The notes under the pieces were generated by a model. That model worked only from the letters and a program-made list of their open reading frames with translations, ran no database searches and was not told the DNA's origin. DNA of 64,000 nt from Bacillota bacterium. Its GTDB lineage: Bacteria > Bacillota > Ch66 > Ch109. The stretch spans positions 608,001 through 672,000 of the forward strand of contig JBMNLH010000001.1 in NCBI GenBank assembly GCA_050952625.1, given 5' to 3'. Below, in pieces: positions 1 through 9,494 of the stretch (positions are counted from its first letter, which is position 1; every line of letters begins with the position of its first letter). The position numbers and the translations under genes were made by a program.

Positions 1-591
1 TGTATTCGAGTAGTAGCCCAGCGGCTGCAGTTCTACCGGCAGCAGTTCTCTAATGCGCCGCTGGTGCTTGATCCAGTTGGCATTTCCAGCAGTGGCCATC
101 AACTGGCTGAGCCGGGATGTCTAATGATGCTGAAAGAGGAAATCTTGCCGATTACGACGCTGGTTACGCCTAATCTACCGGAATTAGCTGCTTTGACGGG
201 ATATTGTTTTCAGTCGGAGCGGAATGATCATCAAGCGAATATCGAATCTGCCCGAGTATTACTAAAAACTGGAGTTGGTGCCGTGCTAATTAAAGGAGGG
301 CACGCCGGTGGGTTATGGGCGACCGACATTTTGGTGTGGGCTGATGGAGTTAAAGAATTCACTAACAAACGAATTATTACCAAGCATGGGCATGGAACTG
401 GCTGTACCTTATCAGCGGCCATCGCTGCTGGCCTGGCCCAAGGGTGGCTAATGACTGAATCGATAAAAAAAGCCAAGGCCTATTTAAACGGTGCCTTGCA
501 AAATGCCCTGGAAGTGGGTAAGGGTACTGGCCCGGTTGATCACCAATTCGGCCTTAAATCATGTTGGATTAACCAACATAATAATGGTTAA
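1..591 (+). CDS. thiD: Hydroxymethylpyrimidine/phosphomethylpyrimidine kinase, 5'-truncated by window edge
   Basis: Frame open from base 1. Motifs VLDPV, TPNLPE, LIKGGH, HGTGCTLSAAIAA and C-terminal GTGPVDH. Confidence 0.93.
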   Translation, partial: CIRVVAQRLQFYRQQFSNAPLVLDPVGISSSGHQLAEPGCLMMLKEEILPITTLVTPNLPELAALTGYCFQSERNDHQANIESARVLLKTGVGAVLIKGGHAGGLWATDILVWADGVKEFTNKRIITKHGHGTGCTLSAAIAAGLAQGWLMTESIKKAKAYLNGALQNALEVGKGTGPVDHQFGLKSCWINQHNNG

Positions 592-612
592 CTTTATTGT
601 TGAAAAATAGTC

Positions 613-2010
613 TTATACTAGTCCCAACATCGGTTTGTTTTGGCAAGTAATCCTTTGCTGGCTTGAAAACCTAACCTGATTGCGTCCGGCATTTTTGGCC
701 TGGTAAAGAGCTTGGTCAGCCCGCTTGAGAATTTCAAAGGCGTTGTCATTGTCCTTGGCAATCGTGGCTATTCCAATACTAGCAGTTAAGTTTATCGTTT
801 CAAAATTCTTATTAGCTAATTCAACAGAGTCAAAACCGATAGACTCAATCTCAAAATTTTCAATAATGGCTCTTAGATTGTCAGCTATTACACATGCTTG
901 ACTTAGTTTGGTTTCCGGAAGGACAATGACAAACTCATCCCCGCCGTAGCGACAGAGAATATCAGAATTCCGAAGTCGGTTACGCATCAATTTGGCTATG
1001 CTCTTTAGACCTAAGTCGCCTACCAGGTGGCCTAGTTTATCGTTAAGCAGTTTGAAGTTATCCAGGTCTAAAATCATGACGCAGAGTGGCCGAGAGTATC
1101 TAAGGGCTTGCTTAATTGCTTGGTCAAGAGCGCTTAAGAGATAGCGATAATTAAATAAACCAGTTAATTCATCAACCTCGGCTTGTTCAGATAATTTCTT
1201 AATTAAAGAAGTGCGTTGATAATAGGTGACTAGCAGGTCATGTAAAACGTCAAGAAAACTGAGCAAATCATCAGTAATTAGTTGTGCTTCCGAAGATTCA
1301 ATGGATACTGCCCAGATTACTTTATTATTATCCACGACTGGGATCCAAATCGAATATAAGTAATCAGACTCTAACACGGGGCCGTAGGGTTGGTGACTTT
1401 TTTCGTATTTATTAAAAATGCCGATTTCTTTATGTTTTAAAAACGGTTTTAACAATCGGCAATTATAGGAAGTAGTTACAACTCGACTGTCAACCAATTT
1501 GAGGATGCATTGTAATTCAGGCAGCACAAACCCGATTTGACAATTAACGAAAAGCGTTTGAAGAGCTTGCGCTACTCTAGTCATGGCTTCTGGGACATCT
1601 AGGTATTCCTTAAGTAGGGTCTGTGATATTTGGGCAATAACCCTTAATTCATGGCTGCGCCGGTCCAGTTCTTCGTTTTCTCGCCGGATTTTTTCTAGAT
1701 TCTGGGCCATTTCGGATATCTCGTGGCTTTTTCTCTCCAAGTATTCTCGGTGGGTTATTCCATAGGCAATCATAACTTCTAATAGGAAATTAAAAGACTG
1801 TAGGAGGAGGCCCGGGTATTTCAAAGGAGAAATTGATTTTAGTGAGTCTTCCACCTGCGAAAGATGGATTTCGACAATCTCATCAGGACCGATCCCGGTC
1901 TGCACCAGATCGCTACTCAATCTAGAAGCCTGATAAAGGCTGTTTTCTGACGGATTCAAGAGGTATTCAGTTAGGATCTTGCCGTAAGTTTTCCGCAGTT
2001 CAGATGACAT
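613..2010 (-). CDS. Diguanylate cyclase: RsbU N-terminal (RsbT-binding) domain, GAF-like region, GGDEF
   Basis: N-terminus YGKILTEYL..SLYQASRLS..GPDEIVEIH..FLLEVMIAYG resembles RsbU_N. DELTGLFN, DLDNFK, RNSD I-site and RYGGDEF are intact. ATG 2010 has an AGGAG RBS (ORF track starts at 2043). Confidence 0.9.
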   Translation of the reverse strand: MSSELRKTYGKILTEYLLNPSENSLYQASRLSSDLVQTGIGPDEIVEIHLSQVEDSLKSISPLKYPGLLLQSFNFLLEVMIAYGITHREYLERKSHEISEMAQNLEKIRRENEELDRRSHELRVIAQISQTLLKEYLDVPEAMTRVAQALQTLFVNCQIGFVLPELQCILKLVDSRVVTTSYNCRLLKPFLKHKEIGIFNKYEKSHQPYGPVLESDYLYSIWIPVVDNNKVIWAVSIESSEAQLITDDLLSFLDVLHDLLVTYYQRTSLIKKLSEQAEVDELTGLFNYRYLLSALDQAIKQALRYSRPLCVMILDLDNFKLLNDKLGHLVGDLGLKSIAKLMRNRLRNSDILCRYGGDEFVIVLPETKLSQACVIADNLRAIIENFEIESIGFDSVELANKNFETINLTASIGIATIAKDNDNAFEILKRADQALYQAKNAGRNQVRFSSQQRITCQNKPMLGLV

Positions 2011-2048
2011 ATGAGTAGCTCCTTCTTCAATGTCGTCAGTCATTATAA

Positions 2049-2630
2049 CTAATTAATTCTTCTGATAACCAGAACAGTCGCATCATCATCTGGGGTTGCA
2101 TATTTTTCACCAATACCAGTAGATATCTGGGATGGCGAAAAGCTGTAAGAATCAAGTTTAGTGTCTTGCCAATTATTTAGAATTCCGTCAGTCAACATTA
2201 TTAGGCGATCTCCCAGCCTAAAGGGATGGTTTTGCTGAATTAGTTTGGGTAGTCTAAAACCAATTACTCCAGCAGCAGAAATCAAATTAGTGGTGGTCTG
2301 ACTCTGAACCTGGGCCTGGATGTTGCCTACTCCCCAGTAGGTTAAACGATTTTCTAAAAAATCCAGGATAGTCAGACCTAGAACTACTCCCCGGGTTGAC
2401 CGAAGTTGGTTGTGGAGAAACTGAATACAGGAAGCGTCCGGCCATACTTCAAACTGCTGTATTATCTGAACAGCCTGTCTGGAAGCGTAAGCCGCCTCTT
2501 CCCCGTGACCGAGTCCATCCACTAAAACGACTATGGCTCCATTATTCACCTCTTTGATTAAATAGGCATCGCCACAACAGGTTTCTCCGAGTTTTGGTCT
2601 CTGATAGACCGACCAATTCAATCTAGCCAT
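2049..2630 (-). CDS. rsbX: RsbX-like PP2C/SpoIIE-family phosphatase
   Basis: CGDAY, VDGLGHG, LTDGI and DDATVL metal-binding motifs; follows rsbT. Confidence 0.85.
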   Translation of the reverse strand: MARLNWSVYQRPKLGETCCGDAYLIKEVNNGAIVVLVDGLGHGEEAAYASRQAVQIIQQFEVWPDASCIQFLHNQLRSTRGVVLGLTILDFLENRLTYWGVGNIQAQVQSQTTTNLISAAGVIGFRLPKLIQQNHPFRLGDRLIMLTDGILNNWQDTKLDSYSFSPSQISTGIGEKYATPDDDATVLVIRRIN

Positions 2631-3022
2631 TTTCTAGCCACCACTTGTGTTCCCATGCCAAGGTTACTCTCAATGTAAAACTCGTCCATCAGCCTTTTTG
2701 TACCCGGTAAACCCATCCCCAGCCCCCGCGCAGAAGAAAATCCATCCGTTAAGGCCCGGTCTAAATTGGCAATACCGGGGCCTTTATCCTCAGCCAGAAT
2801 CTCAATTCCTTGTCTTCCATTTGCCTCAATAATCTGGATGTTGACCCGGCCAGATCCGGCATAAACCAATATGTTTCGGGCTAGTTCGGAGATCCCCGTG
2901 GTGATTCGAGCCTGGTCAGTCAACCCGAACCCTAGTTGGCGAGAAATTTCTCGACCGATTTGGCGTACTTCAACAATATCAACTTCGGAACTAATTGTTA
3001 CGCTGCCCATTTGTTTAGCCAC
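2618..3022 (-). CDS. rsbT: Serine/threonine switch kinase RsbT
   Basis: SELARNI N-box, DKGPGI, DGFSS, GLGMGLPG; directly after rsbS. Confidence 0.92.
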   Translation of the reverse strand: MAKQMGSVTISSEVDIVEVRQIGREISRQLGFGLTDQARITTGISELARNILVYAGSGRVNIQIIEANGRQGIEILAEDKGPGIANLDRALTDGFSSARGLGMGLPGTKRLMDEFYIESNLGMGTQVVARKWLD

Positions 3023-3395
3023 TCCAACCCCATCCTTTCGGGGCGTTACTTTCCTTTTCCAGGTATTCCAGTCCCGTTTCCAGATTGCGCCGAGTCGGAG
3101 TATCTTTGAAGTAAACCCCTAGTTCGACCATGGTTATTGCGACAGCCGGTTGTATTCCCACTAGGACTACGTTTGTTCCCATTATCTTGGCCATCTGAGC
3201 TGTTTCAGTTAGCGCGCGGCTCATAAAGCTATCAATAATTTCGACAGCCGTTAAATCGATTAACACACCAGTTGCCCCGGTCCGGTCTATCTGTTGTAAA
3301 AGGTTCTGTTGCAGAGAGAGGACTGAACGGTCAGAAAGGTCTACTTGAATAGAAACAATTAAAATGTTTTTTATTTTTAAAATTGGTATTTCCAT
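3015..3395 (-). CDS. rsbS: STAS-domain antagonist RsbS
   Basis: Single STAS domain, IPILKI start, IIDSF phospho-Ser motif, VGIQPAVAITMVELG. Confidence 0.92.
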   Translation of the reverse strand: MEIPILKIKNILIVSIQVDLSDRSVLSLQQNLLQQIDRTGATGVLIDLTAVEIIDSFMSRALTETAQMAKIMGTNVVLVGIQPAVAITMVELGVYFKDTPTRRNLETGLEYLEKESNAPKGWGWSG

Positions 3396-3434
3396 TACCC
3401 CGAATTCACCTCCTATCAGAATTAGACTTACGGC

Positions 3435-3857
3435 TTAAATGCTCTGATTGTTGTTAGGAGTGACCCACTTTTTTACAATTATCTTAGTTCCTTGATTAAC
3501 AGCGGAGTGTATCTCAAACTCGTCCGACAAACGGCGGACACTGGGCAGTCCTAGACCGAGCGATCCTTTCGAAGACCAGCCGTTAGTAAGGGCTAATTCA
3601 CAGTTTTCTATACCCGGTCCCTCATCATTGCAGGTAATTTGCAGGCCGGCGGTTTTTTCGTTCTGAATAATATTAAGAGAAATAGTGCCTCCGTTGGCGT
3701 GAATGAGTGTATTGGTGGCTAACTCAACGATGCAAAGGTCAATTATTTGTTGGTCCTTTGACCCAAACCCTAGCTTTTTGGCTAAGCGTCTTGCCTCAGC
3801 CCGGATTGGGGCAACATCACATTCGGTTTGTAAATGCATGATTTTAGTCTGATTCAC
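3435..3857 (-). CDS. Second RsbT-like anti-sigma/switch kinase
   Basis: ELATN N-box, DEGPGI, GWSS, SLGLGL; same length and fold as RsbT; lies between rsbR and rsbS. Confidence 0.85.
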   Translation of the reverse strand: MNQTKIMHLQTECDVAPIRAEARRLAKKLGFGSKDQQIIDLCIVELATNTLIHANGGTISLNIIQNEKTAGLQITCNDEGPGIENCELALTNGWSSKGSLGLGLPSVRRLSDEFEIHSAVNQGTKIIVKKWVTPNNNQSI

Positions 3858-4663
3858 CTTGGACTCTCCACCAAAGACTTGGCTAGAGCAAATCCCTTCT
3901 TGAGGTTTCCAGCCGTTAAAAACTGATTAAACTCTATACCTAGGCGGATTATTGTTTGAGCGATTTCCGGTCTGACCCCGACTAGAATACACTGAGCCCC
4001 TAACAAATTCGCCGCCTGGACCGTTTTGATTAGGTGATTGGCAACTTGGGTGTCAACCACTGGTACCCCCGTTATATCAATAATTACGATATCTACCTGA
4101 TAATCAATAATGCTTTTCAGAACCGCTTCCGTGAATTGGTTGGCCCTTCGGCTATCTACCGTACCAATTAATGGGACAATGATGATTTGATCATCAATCG
4201 GTAATACCGGCGTAGATAGTTCCAAGGCCCGGTGCTGTGAATCAATAATTTGTTTTTGCATTTCCACATAGGTGTTCGCAGCCTTGACCCGACATTTTTC
4301 GAAAAGGTCGGTTAAGGTATTAAAACATTCGAACAGTTGGCTGCTTGAGTCTGCAAATAGTTTAAGGCCTTCTTCAAAGCAGGTCTGACGGATTGTTGAA
4401 AACAGCATTAGCAGTTCATCTAGCACGTACATTTCCTGAGTGCGTCGACCAACCAGATGCTGAATATGACTGTTTATCTTGGAATTGTCACCGCTATTCA
4501 GGTAGGTTACAATTTCATCGTAGATTTGACCAAGGGCTGGTAACAATTCCTCATCTGTTTTGTTCTGGTAATGGAGGGTATCTTCCGTTCTAATTCGGTT
4601 AAACCAGTTCTTGAGCAGTATTTCACGTTGATTAGACAGATGATTAGCCAGGATAGCCTTCAT
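3854..4663 (-). CDS. rsbR: Stressosome co-antagonist RsbR (helical N-terminal sensor plus STAS)
   Basis: ELSTPVLPI, PLIGTVDSRRA, DITGVPVVDTQVA and GVRPEIAQT STAS motifs. Confidence 0.92.
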   Translation of the reverse strand: MKAILANHLSNQREILLKNWFNRIRTEDTLHYQNKTDEELLPALGQIYDEIVTYLNSGDNSKINSHIQHLVGRRTQEMYVLDELLMLFSTIRQTCFEEGLKLFADSSSQLFECFNTLTDLFEKCRVKAANTYVEMQKQIIDSQHRALELSTPVLPIDDQIIIVPLIGTVDSRRANQFTEAVLKSIIDYQVDIVIIDITGVPVVDTQVANHLIKTVQAANLLGAQCILVGVRPEIAQTIIRLGIEFNQFLTAGNLKKGFALAKSLVESPR

Positions 4664-4725
4664 ATTTATGGTCCTCCTAGGAATTGAATTTTACAGCAGT
4701 AGATTTATAGTAGATTAATATAGGA

Positions 4726-4775
4726 AGATTCGCTGTCTTTTTGTAAATTCCTTCTTTATATCGGAAAATTCGACA
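4726..4775 (-). promoter_or_regulatory. Sigma-H-type promoter with upstream Spo0A box for the stressosome operon
   Basis: Minus strand GAAGGAATT-11nt-AGCGAAT matches RNAGGAWWW-N11/12-RNNGAAT. TGTCGAA at 4769-4775. Confidence 0.6.
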
Positions 4776-4898
4776 TATTTTTTCCAGCTAATCCGATACT
4801 CATTGCAAAATCATTATTGCCAAATCCAATTGTAATAAAATAGATAAATGATAATCATCATGGTAATATATATTTCAAATTGATAGAGGTGGGTTCTT

Positions 4899-5684
4899 AT
4901 GAGTAGTGAAACTGTTTTATATGAAATCGAAGGATTAGTTGAATGGCTGCAGATTAAAGTCAATGAGGCCAAGGCCCGGGGGTTAGTGGTTGGGGTATCT
5001 GGAGGAATTGATTCGGCAGTGGTGGCAGCTTTGATCTGTAAAGCTTTTCCAAATCAATCATTGGGTTTGATTTTGCCCTGTCATAGTAGTCAGGAAGACG
5101 TAGCAGATGCTCATCTAGTCTGTGATTCGATTGGTATTTTTAAACAGGTGATTAATCTGGACGAGCCTCATCAGATCATCCTAGACAGCGTGGTGACCGG
5201 CTTGGGTGAGGTTGTACCTATAGGAGAAGGACAACAAACACGACGCCTTACGGACGCTAATCTGCGGGCCCGCTTAAGAATGAGCGCCTTGTATGCGGTT
5301 GCTAACTCCTTGAATTATTTGGTGGTTGGAACAGATAATGCAGCTGAAGTTTACACTGGTTATTATACCAAGTATGGCGACGGGGGCGTGGATCTTCTGC
5401 CGCTAAGTCAGTTTGCCAAGCGGGAGGTAAGGGTTTTGGCCAAGGCGTTAAAGATCCCAGAAAAGATCATTATTAAGGCCCCATCCGCCGGTCTATGGTT
5501 AGGACAAACAGATGAAGGGGAAATGGGAGTAACCTACACCGAGATAGATAATTATCTAGAAGGTAAGCCAGTGTCTGAAACAGCGCGGCAGCGGATTGCG
5601 TATCTGCATCAAATCAGTGAACATAAGCGGAATTTGCCACTAGTATATCCGCGGAAACGTTCGATAATAACACGTCAAACGTAA
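4899..5684 (+). CDS. nadE: NH3-dependent NAD+ synthetase
   Basis: GVSGGIDSAV, NLRARLRM, TKYGDGG, PSAGLW; no glutaminase domain. Confidence 0.95.
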   Translation: MSSETVLYEIEGLVEWLQIKVNEAKARGLVVGVSGGIDSAVVAALICKAFPNQSLGLILPCHSSQEDVADAHLVCDSIGIFKQVINLDEPHQIILDSVVTGLGEVVPIGEGQQTRRLTDANLRARLRMSALYAVANSLNYLVVGTDNAAEVYTGYYTKYGDGGVDLLPLSQFAKREVRVLAKALKIPEKIIIKAPSAGLWLGQTDEGEMGVTYTEIDNYLEGKPVSETARQRIAYLHQISEHKRNLPLVYPRKRSIITRQT

Positions 5685-5745
5685 AACGTTAGACGAAAAA
5701 TTGCCGAAGTACGGCTGAAACAGACCGGCCGGCATGATGCTGACC

Positions 5746-6468
5746 TTAACGTCTGTGACCAAGGTCCGCAATGTATTGGCTTAGATCGTCTAGATTGCCC
5801 TGGGCGGACGGGATGTATCGCGGTTTACCTTGATCAATAAGACAATTAGTCACCAGGAAGGTGTCTATTCCTAGCCTTGAGGCACACATATCCTCTTGCA
5901 TATCGTTACCGATCATCAGACATTCCTCTGGTTGCCGTCCCAGATAATTTAAGATATCCAGAAAATAGTTCAGGTTTGGTTTGCAGAACCTTGAGTTTTC
6001 GTAGGTGGTTACTAGTGCCCAGGGATGATCCGCGATCCCAGCCCAACGCATGCGCTCCTGAGTGGCGACAGCCGGAAAAACCGGATTAGTCGCCAAGACG
6101 ATGCTAAACCCCTGAGTAACAGCTTGGTCGATAATTTGCCTAGCCAGCGGGGTTGGTTGAGTAAAAGAAGACAGGTTTTGGAAATCATTGGTGTAAAAAT
6201 CGTCAAAAATAGGCTCCATAACCTCCCGCGGTTGGGGGACTAAACCGGTAAAATGATTCCAAAAGACGGTCTGGTTGTCCTGTTCCAGACAGTTGCTTGA
6301 GATCATTGCGTTCGTCGCGGACCACAGATGGGCGATGAATTGTCTGGGTTCCAGAAATTTGATAAATTTGGGAGCTAATCGTTTCATGTACTGATCAGCA
6401 AAATAGTGCATATTCATTGGCAATAACGTACCATCCAGGTCAAAAAGCAGGGTGGTAATCTTATTCAT
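5746..6468 (-). CDS. HAD-family hydrolase
   Basis: FDLDGTLL motif I, LATN, KP, MIGND. Confidence 0.9.
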   Translation of the reverse strand: MNKITTLLFDLDGTLLPMNMHYFADQYMKRLAPKFIKFLEPRQFIAHLWSATNAMISSNCLEQDNQTVFWNHFTGLVPQPREVMEPIFDDFYTNDFQNLSSFTQPTPLARQIIDQAVTQGFSIVLATNPVFPAVATQERMRWAGIADHPWALVTTYENSRFCKPNLNYFLDILNYLGRQPEECLMIGNDMQEDMCASRLGIDTFLVTNCLIDQGKPRYIPSAQGNLDDLSQYIADLGHRR

Positions 6469-6628
6469 TTGGAGTCACTCCTATAGCAGCTTTGTTTAGC
6501 TAGGTCAGCAGTATTTATCTAGTATACCCGAAAAATTGGTAAAGTCAATTGACTCACGCCCCAATCCATTGCGTGGTATGGGGGGCTGTGCTACAATTAT
6601 TGTCAGAATTCTTGGTTAAGGGGGTAGA

Positions 6629-7393
6629 GTGGTGGCTGGTCATTCCAAGTGGGCTAACATTAAACATAAAAAGGCTAAGGTTGATGCTCAAAGAGGTAAA
6701 CTTTTTACGAAATTAGGTCGCGAACTGATTATGGCCGCTAAAGCCGGCGGGGGCGATCCTAATACTAACCTGCGCTTGAAGATAGCGATCCAAAAGGCCC
6801 GGGAAGCCAATATGCCTGCGGATAATATTCAGCGAGGAATTCAACGCGGAACTGGAGAAATCGAGGGAGCAAACTACGAAGAGATTGTTTATGAGGGCTA
6901 TGCACCCGGCGGAGTAGCGGTAATGATGCAGTTGGCAACCGACAACCGCAACCGAACAGCCTCGGAGATCCGGCATGTTTTTTCTCGCTGCGGCGGTAGT
7001 TTGGGGGAAACCGGTTGTGTGGCCTGGATGTTTGAGCGCAAAGGGCTGCTGGTTCTTGATCCGGACCAACCCCAAAAGGACGAGGATGAACTGATGCTGT
7101 TAGCCTTAGATGCGGGAGCGGAAGACATTCGAACCGAGGGCGATACAACCGAGATTATTACAGCACCGGATGATTTTGAGACGGTTAGAGAAGCTTTAAC
7201 TGAAGCCGGTTTAAAATTTATTGAGGCAGAGATCACAATGCTCCCCCAAAACTTAGTGGAAGTAACCGACGTGGAGCAAGCAGCTCAGGTCCTTAAACTG
7301 GTTAATATGTTAGAAGAGCATGATGATGTGCAGAATGTTTATGCTAATTTTGATATTCCCGAAAGCTTAATGGACCAATTAGAAAGCAATTAG
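6629..7393 (+). CDS. yebC: YebC/PmpR family protein
   Basis: [35 protein letters not shown]. Confidence 0.96.
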   Translation: MVAGHSKWANIKHKKAKVDAQRGKLFTKLGRELIMAAKAGGGDPNTNLRLKIAIQKAREANMPADNIQRGIQRGTGEIEGANYEEIVYEGYAPGGVAVMMQLATDNRNRTASEIRHVFSRCGGSLGETGCVAWMFERKGLLVLDPDQPQKDEDELMLLALDAGAEDIRTEGDTTEIITAPDDFETVREALTEAGLKFIEAEITMLPQNLVEVTDVEQAAQVLKLVNMLEEHDDVQNVYANFDIPESLMDQLESN

Positions 7394-7402
7394 TTTGGAC
7401 CG

Positions 7403-7432
7403 GTTTATAATCAGCCTCCGCTGGAAATAATA
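7403..7432 (+). promoter_or_regulatory. Sigma-F-type forespore promoter
   Basis: GTTTA-15nt-GGAAATAATA ahead of the BofC-like gene; bofC is sigma-F controlled in B. subtilis. Confidence 0.55.
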
Positions 7433-7482
7433 ACTACTTGAAGAGCAATCTTCAAATCCAGTGTATTTTGAGGTTGATGCTT

Positions 7483-8151
7483 ATGCTTAACCACCGTTTC
7501 CGGTATATTTTGTTTGGTCTTTTAGCAATCGGAATGATCAGTTGTCTAACTGCTGCCATTTGGTTTGGCTGGGTTTCCCGATGGGGAGGTTGGGCTTTTA
7601 AGCCTTCAATGGCGGTGGTTGCTTCCAATTATTTGGATGACTCCAAGGAAAAGAAGAATGCGGTACCATCACCTGGTGGATTGATTGAGCACCTGACTAA
7701 TCCACAGCATAATAATTCTGGGATTATTATTACCCCGGTAACCAAGGTCGTGCGAGAGTGCCGGTATAATTTATGTGGTCATATTGAGGTTGGGGTACCA
7801 ATAAATGATCCGGCCTTGATCGGATTAGGGATTTCTCAGTTAACAGACCTTTATACAGCGCGGGATGGCTGGGAAGTGATTTTGGCAGGACCGGAAAGGG
7901 TAACCCTTCGTTTAACCCTCGAACAGCTATGTCCGCAGTGCGCAGTCAGGCGGCATCTAGGAGTAGTTGACGGTAAGGTAGCCATTTTTTACGGCCCGGC
8001 TGGCCATCGGGGAGGACTCGAAAGATTGACCAACCTGTCACTCTCGGATTTACCGGTAGAGTGGCAGGAACCGATTCGGTTGGGAATGTTGGAATTCGAA
8101 GACGCTGAGTCTTTAGCCCAAGCCTTAGACAATCTAGATGAATATCGCTAG
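7483..8151 (+). CDS. BofC C-terminal-domain protein with N-terminal membrane anchor
   Basis: N-terminal TM segment, YNLCGH..CPQC..HLGVVDGKVAIFYG pattern, position after yebC. ATG 7483 follows GAGG. Confidence 0.7.
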   Translation: MLNHRFRYILFGLLAIGMISCLTAAIWFGWVSRWGGWAFKPSMAVVASNYLDDSKEKKNAVPSPGGLIEHLTNPQHNNSGIIITPVTKVVRECRYNLCGHIEVGVPINDPALIGLGISQLTDLYTARDGWEVILAGPERVTLRLTLEQLCPQCAVRRHLGVVDGKVAIFYGPAGHRGGLERLTNLSLSDLPVEWQEPIRLGMLEFEDAESLAQALDNLDEYR

Positions 8152-8240
8152 ATAAAGATGATGATTACCAGGACGCAACTCCGGCAGTCATTGCTATGAA
8201 TACCATTTATTCGTTTATCGTGGTGCAGGAAACGCACAAT

Positions 8241-8320
8241 AATTCTGAAAAGAGCGAAAAATCTTTTCCACACCGAAAAGTAAGATCCATCCTTCGCTAA
8301 CGCTCAGAATGAAAATGACA
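8241..8320. repeat. Degenerate REP/RPE-like palindromic element
   Basis: ATTCTGA..AGCGAAAAATCT ... AGATC..CTTCGCTAACGCTCAGAATGA forms an imperfect inverted repeat resembling widespread GTCATTCTGAGCG..GCGAAGAATCT-type elements (recalled, not searched). Confidence 0.5.
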
Positions 8321-8327
8321 TATGTTC

Positions 8328-8370
8328 GCTATTTTCATAAGTAGCTGTGTCCTTGGGGCATGGGTGGTTA
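8328..8370 (-). repeat. Dispersed repeat family A, copy 1
   Basis: Reverse complement TAACCACCCATGCCCCAAGGACACAGCTACTTATGAAAATAGC. Confidence 0.85.
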
Positions 8371-8401
8371 ATAATGATTTAAAGTCTAGGGGGGCCAGCC
8401 G

Positions 8402-8992
8402 ATGAATGTTTTAGTGCATATGTGCTGTGGTCCTTGTGCTTCTTACCCAGTGCCACTTTTACTTGAACAAGGGCATCAGGTGCGAGGCCTTTATTACAAT
8501 CCGAATATTCATCCGTACCAGGAATATCAGCGTCGGCAGGAGGGAGTTAAGCAACTGGCACAATGCCTGGGAGTAGAGGTTATTTACTTACCAGAATACG
8601 ATATTGAAAAATACTTTCGAGAAACAGCCTTTCGGGAAGGTCAACGTTGTCGTCTTTGTTATTATCTGCGTTTGAAAAGGACGGCTCAAGTGGCGAAAAA
8701 AGGAAATTTTGCCGCCTTTACGACGACTTTACTGGTTAGTCCTTTCCAGAAACATGAAGTTATTCGAGAAGTGGCTGAACGGATCAGTGAGGAGGTTGGG
8801 GTCCCTTTCTATTATCAAGATTTTCGACCTGGTTACCGCGAATCAGTGATCCGTTCCAAAGAAATGGGTTTGTATCGGCAACAATACTGCGGGTGCGTTT
8901 TTAGTGAGCGGGAACGATTTATGTCCCGGTCGGAATTGAAAAGGTCCCAACAGTCTTTGGAGGAAAGGGGAAAGACAGATGGGAGATCCTAA
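8402..8992 (+). CDS. queH: Epoxyqueuosine reductase QueH (DUF208)
   Basis: HMCCGPC, YNPNIHP, RCRLCY, YRQQYCGC; close to queA/tgt. Confidence 0.9.
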   Translation: MNVLVHMCCGPCASYPVPLLLEQGHQVRGLYYNPNIHPYQEYQRRQEGVKQLAQCLGVEVIYLPEYDIEKYFRETAFREGQRCRLCYYLRLKRTAQVAKKGNFAAFTTTLLVSPFQKHEVIREVAERISEEVGVPFYYQDFRPGYRESVIRSKEMGLYRQQYCGCVFSERERFMSRSELKRSQQSLEERGKTDGRS

Positions 8993-9203
8993 TCAGCTTG
9001 CTCGGCTGCTCATTTTCTTAGGATTAGGAGTTGCTGGGCTCGGGTTACTAATCCTTATCGTTGGAAAAGTTTTTCCTTTAGGTCGTCTCCCCGGCGATAT
9101 CTATTACTCTCGAGGTAACTTTTCGGTCTATTTTCCCTTAGCGACCATGCTTATCTTGAGTTTGCTTCTTACAATCGCAGTCAATTTATTTTTCCGTCGT
9201 TAA
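8979..9203 (+). CDS. DUF2905 small membrane protein
   Basis: LGRLPGDI..YFPLAT motif with two hydrophobic helices. Confidence 0.9.
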   Translation: MGDPNQLARLLIFLGLGVAGLGLLILIVGKVFPLGRLPGDIYYSRGNFSVYFPLATMLILSLLLTIAVNLFFRR

Positions 9204-9206
9204 CCA

Positions 9207-9244
9207 GCCAATCACCCTTATTCGTATGGGGATTGGCCTTTTTT
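9207..9244 (+). terminator. Rho-independent terminator
   Basis: GCCAATC..GATTGGC stem followed by a T tract. Confidence 0.75.
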
Positions 9245-9357
9245 ATTTTTTGTGTTTATTACTCATAATACGACCGCATCATCCGAATTTCTGCTGAATA
9301 ACTCAATTACCATTAATTTTTTAGGACTAATGTCCCGGGGTTATTTTACCTATCTAA

Positions 9358-9387
9358 GCAGGAATTCTGGCAGATGGCGTAGAATAA
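9358..9387 (+). promoter_or_regulatory. Sigma-H-type promoter upstream of the c-di-GMP riboswitch
   Basis: GCAGGAATT-12nt-GTAGAATAA. Confidence 0.6.
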
Positions 9388-9494
9388 TCTAACAAATTAT
9401 ATAAAATGTTGGTTTGTTTCTCAGTATCTTGTTAAATGTTACTTATTAATTGTTTATTTCGTCTATTAAATAAGATTTTAGACTGACTAGTACA

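Noticed and set aside
6481-6512. Possible further repeat B copy on the minus strand (CTGCTGACCTAGCTAAACAAAGC)
   Set aside because: Only the short core matches.
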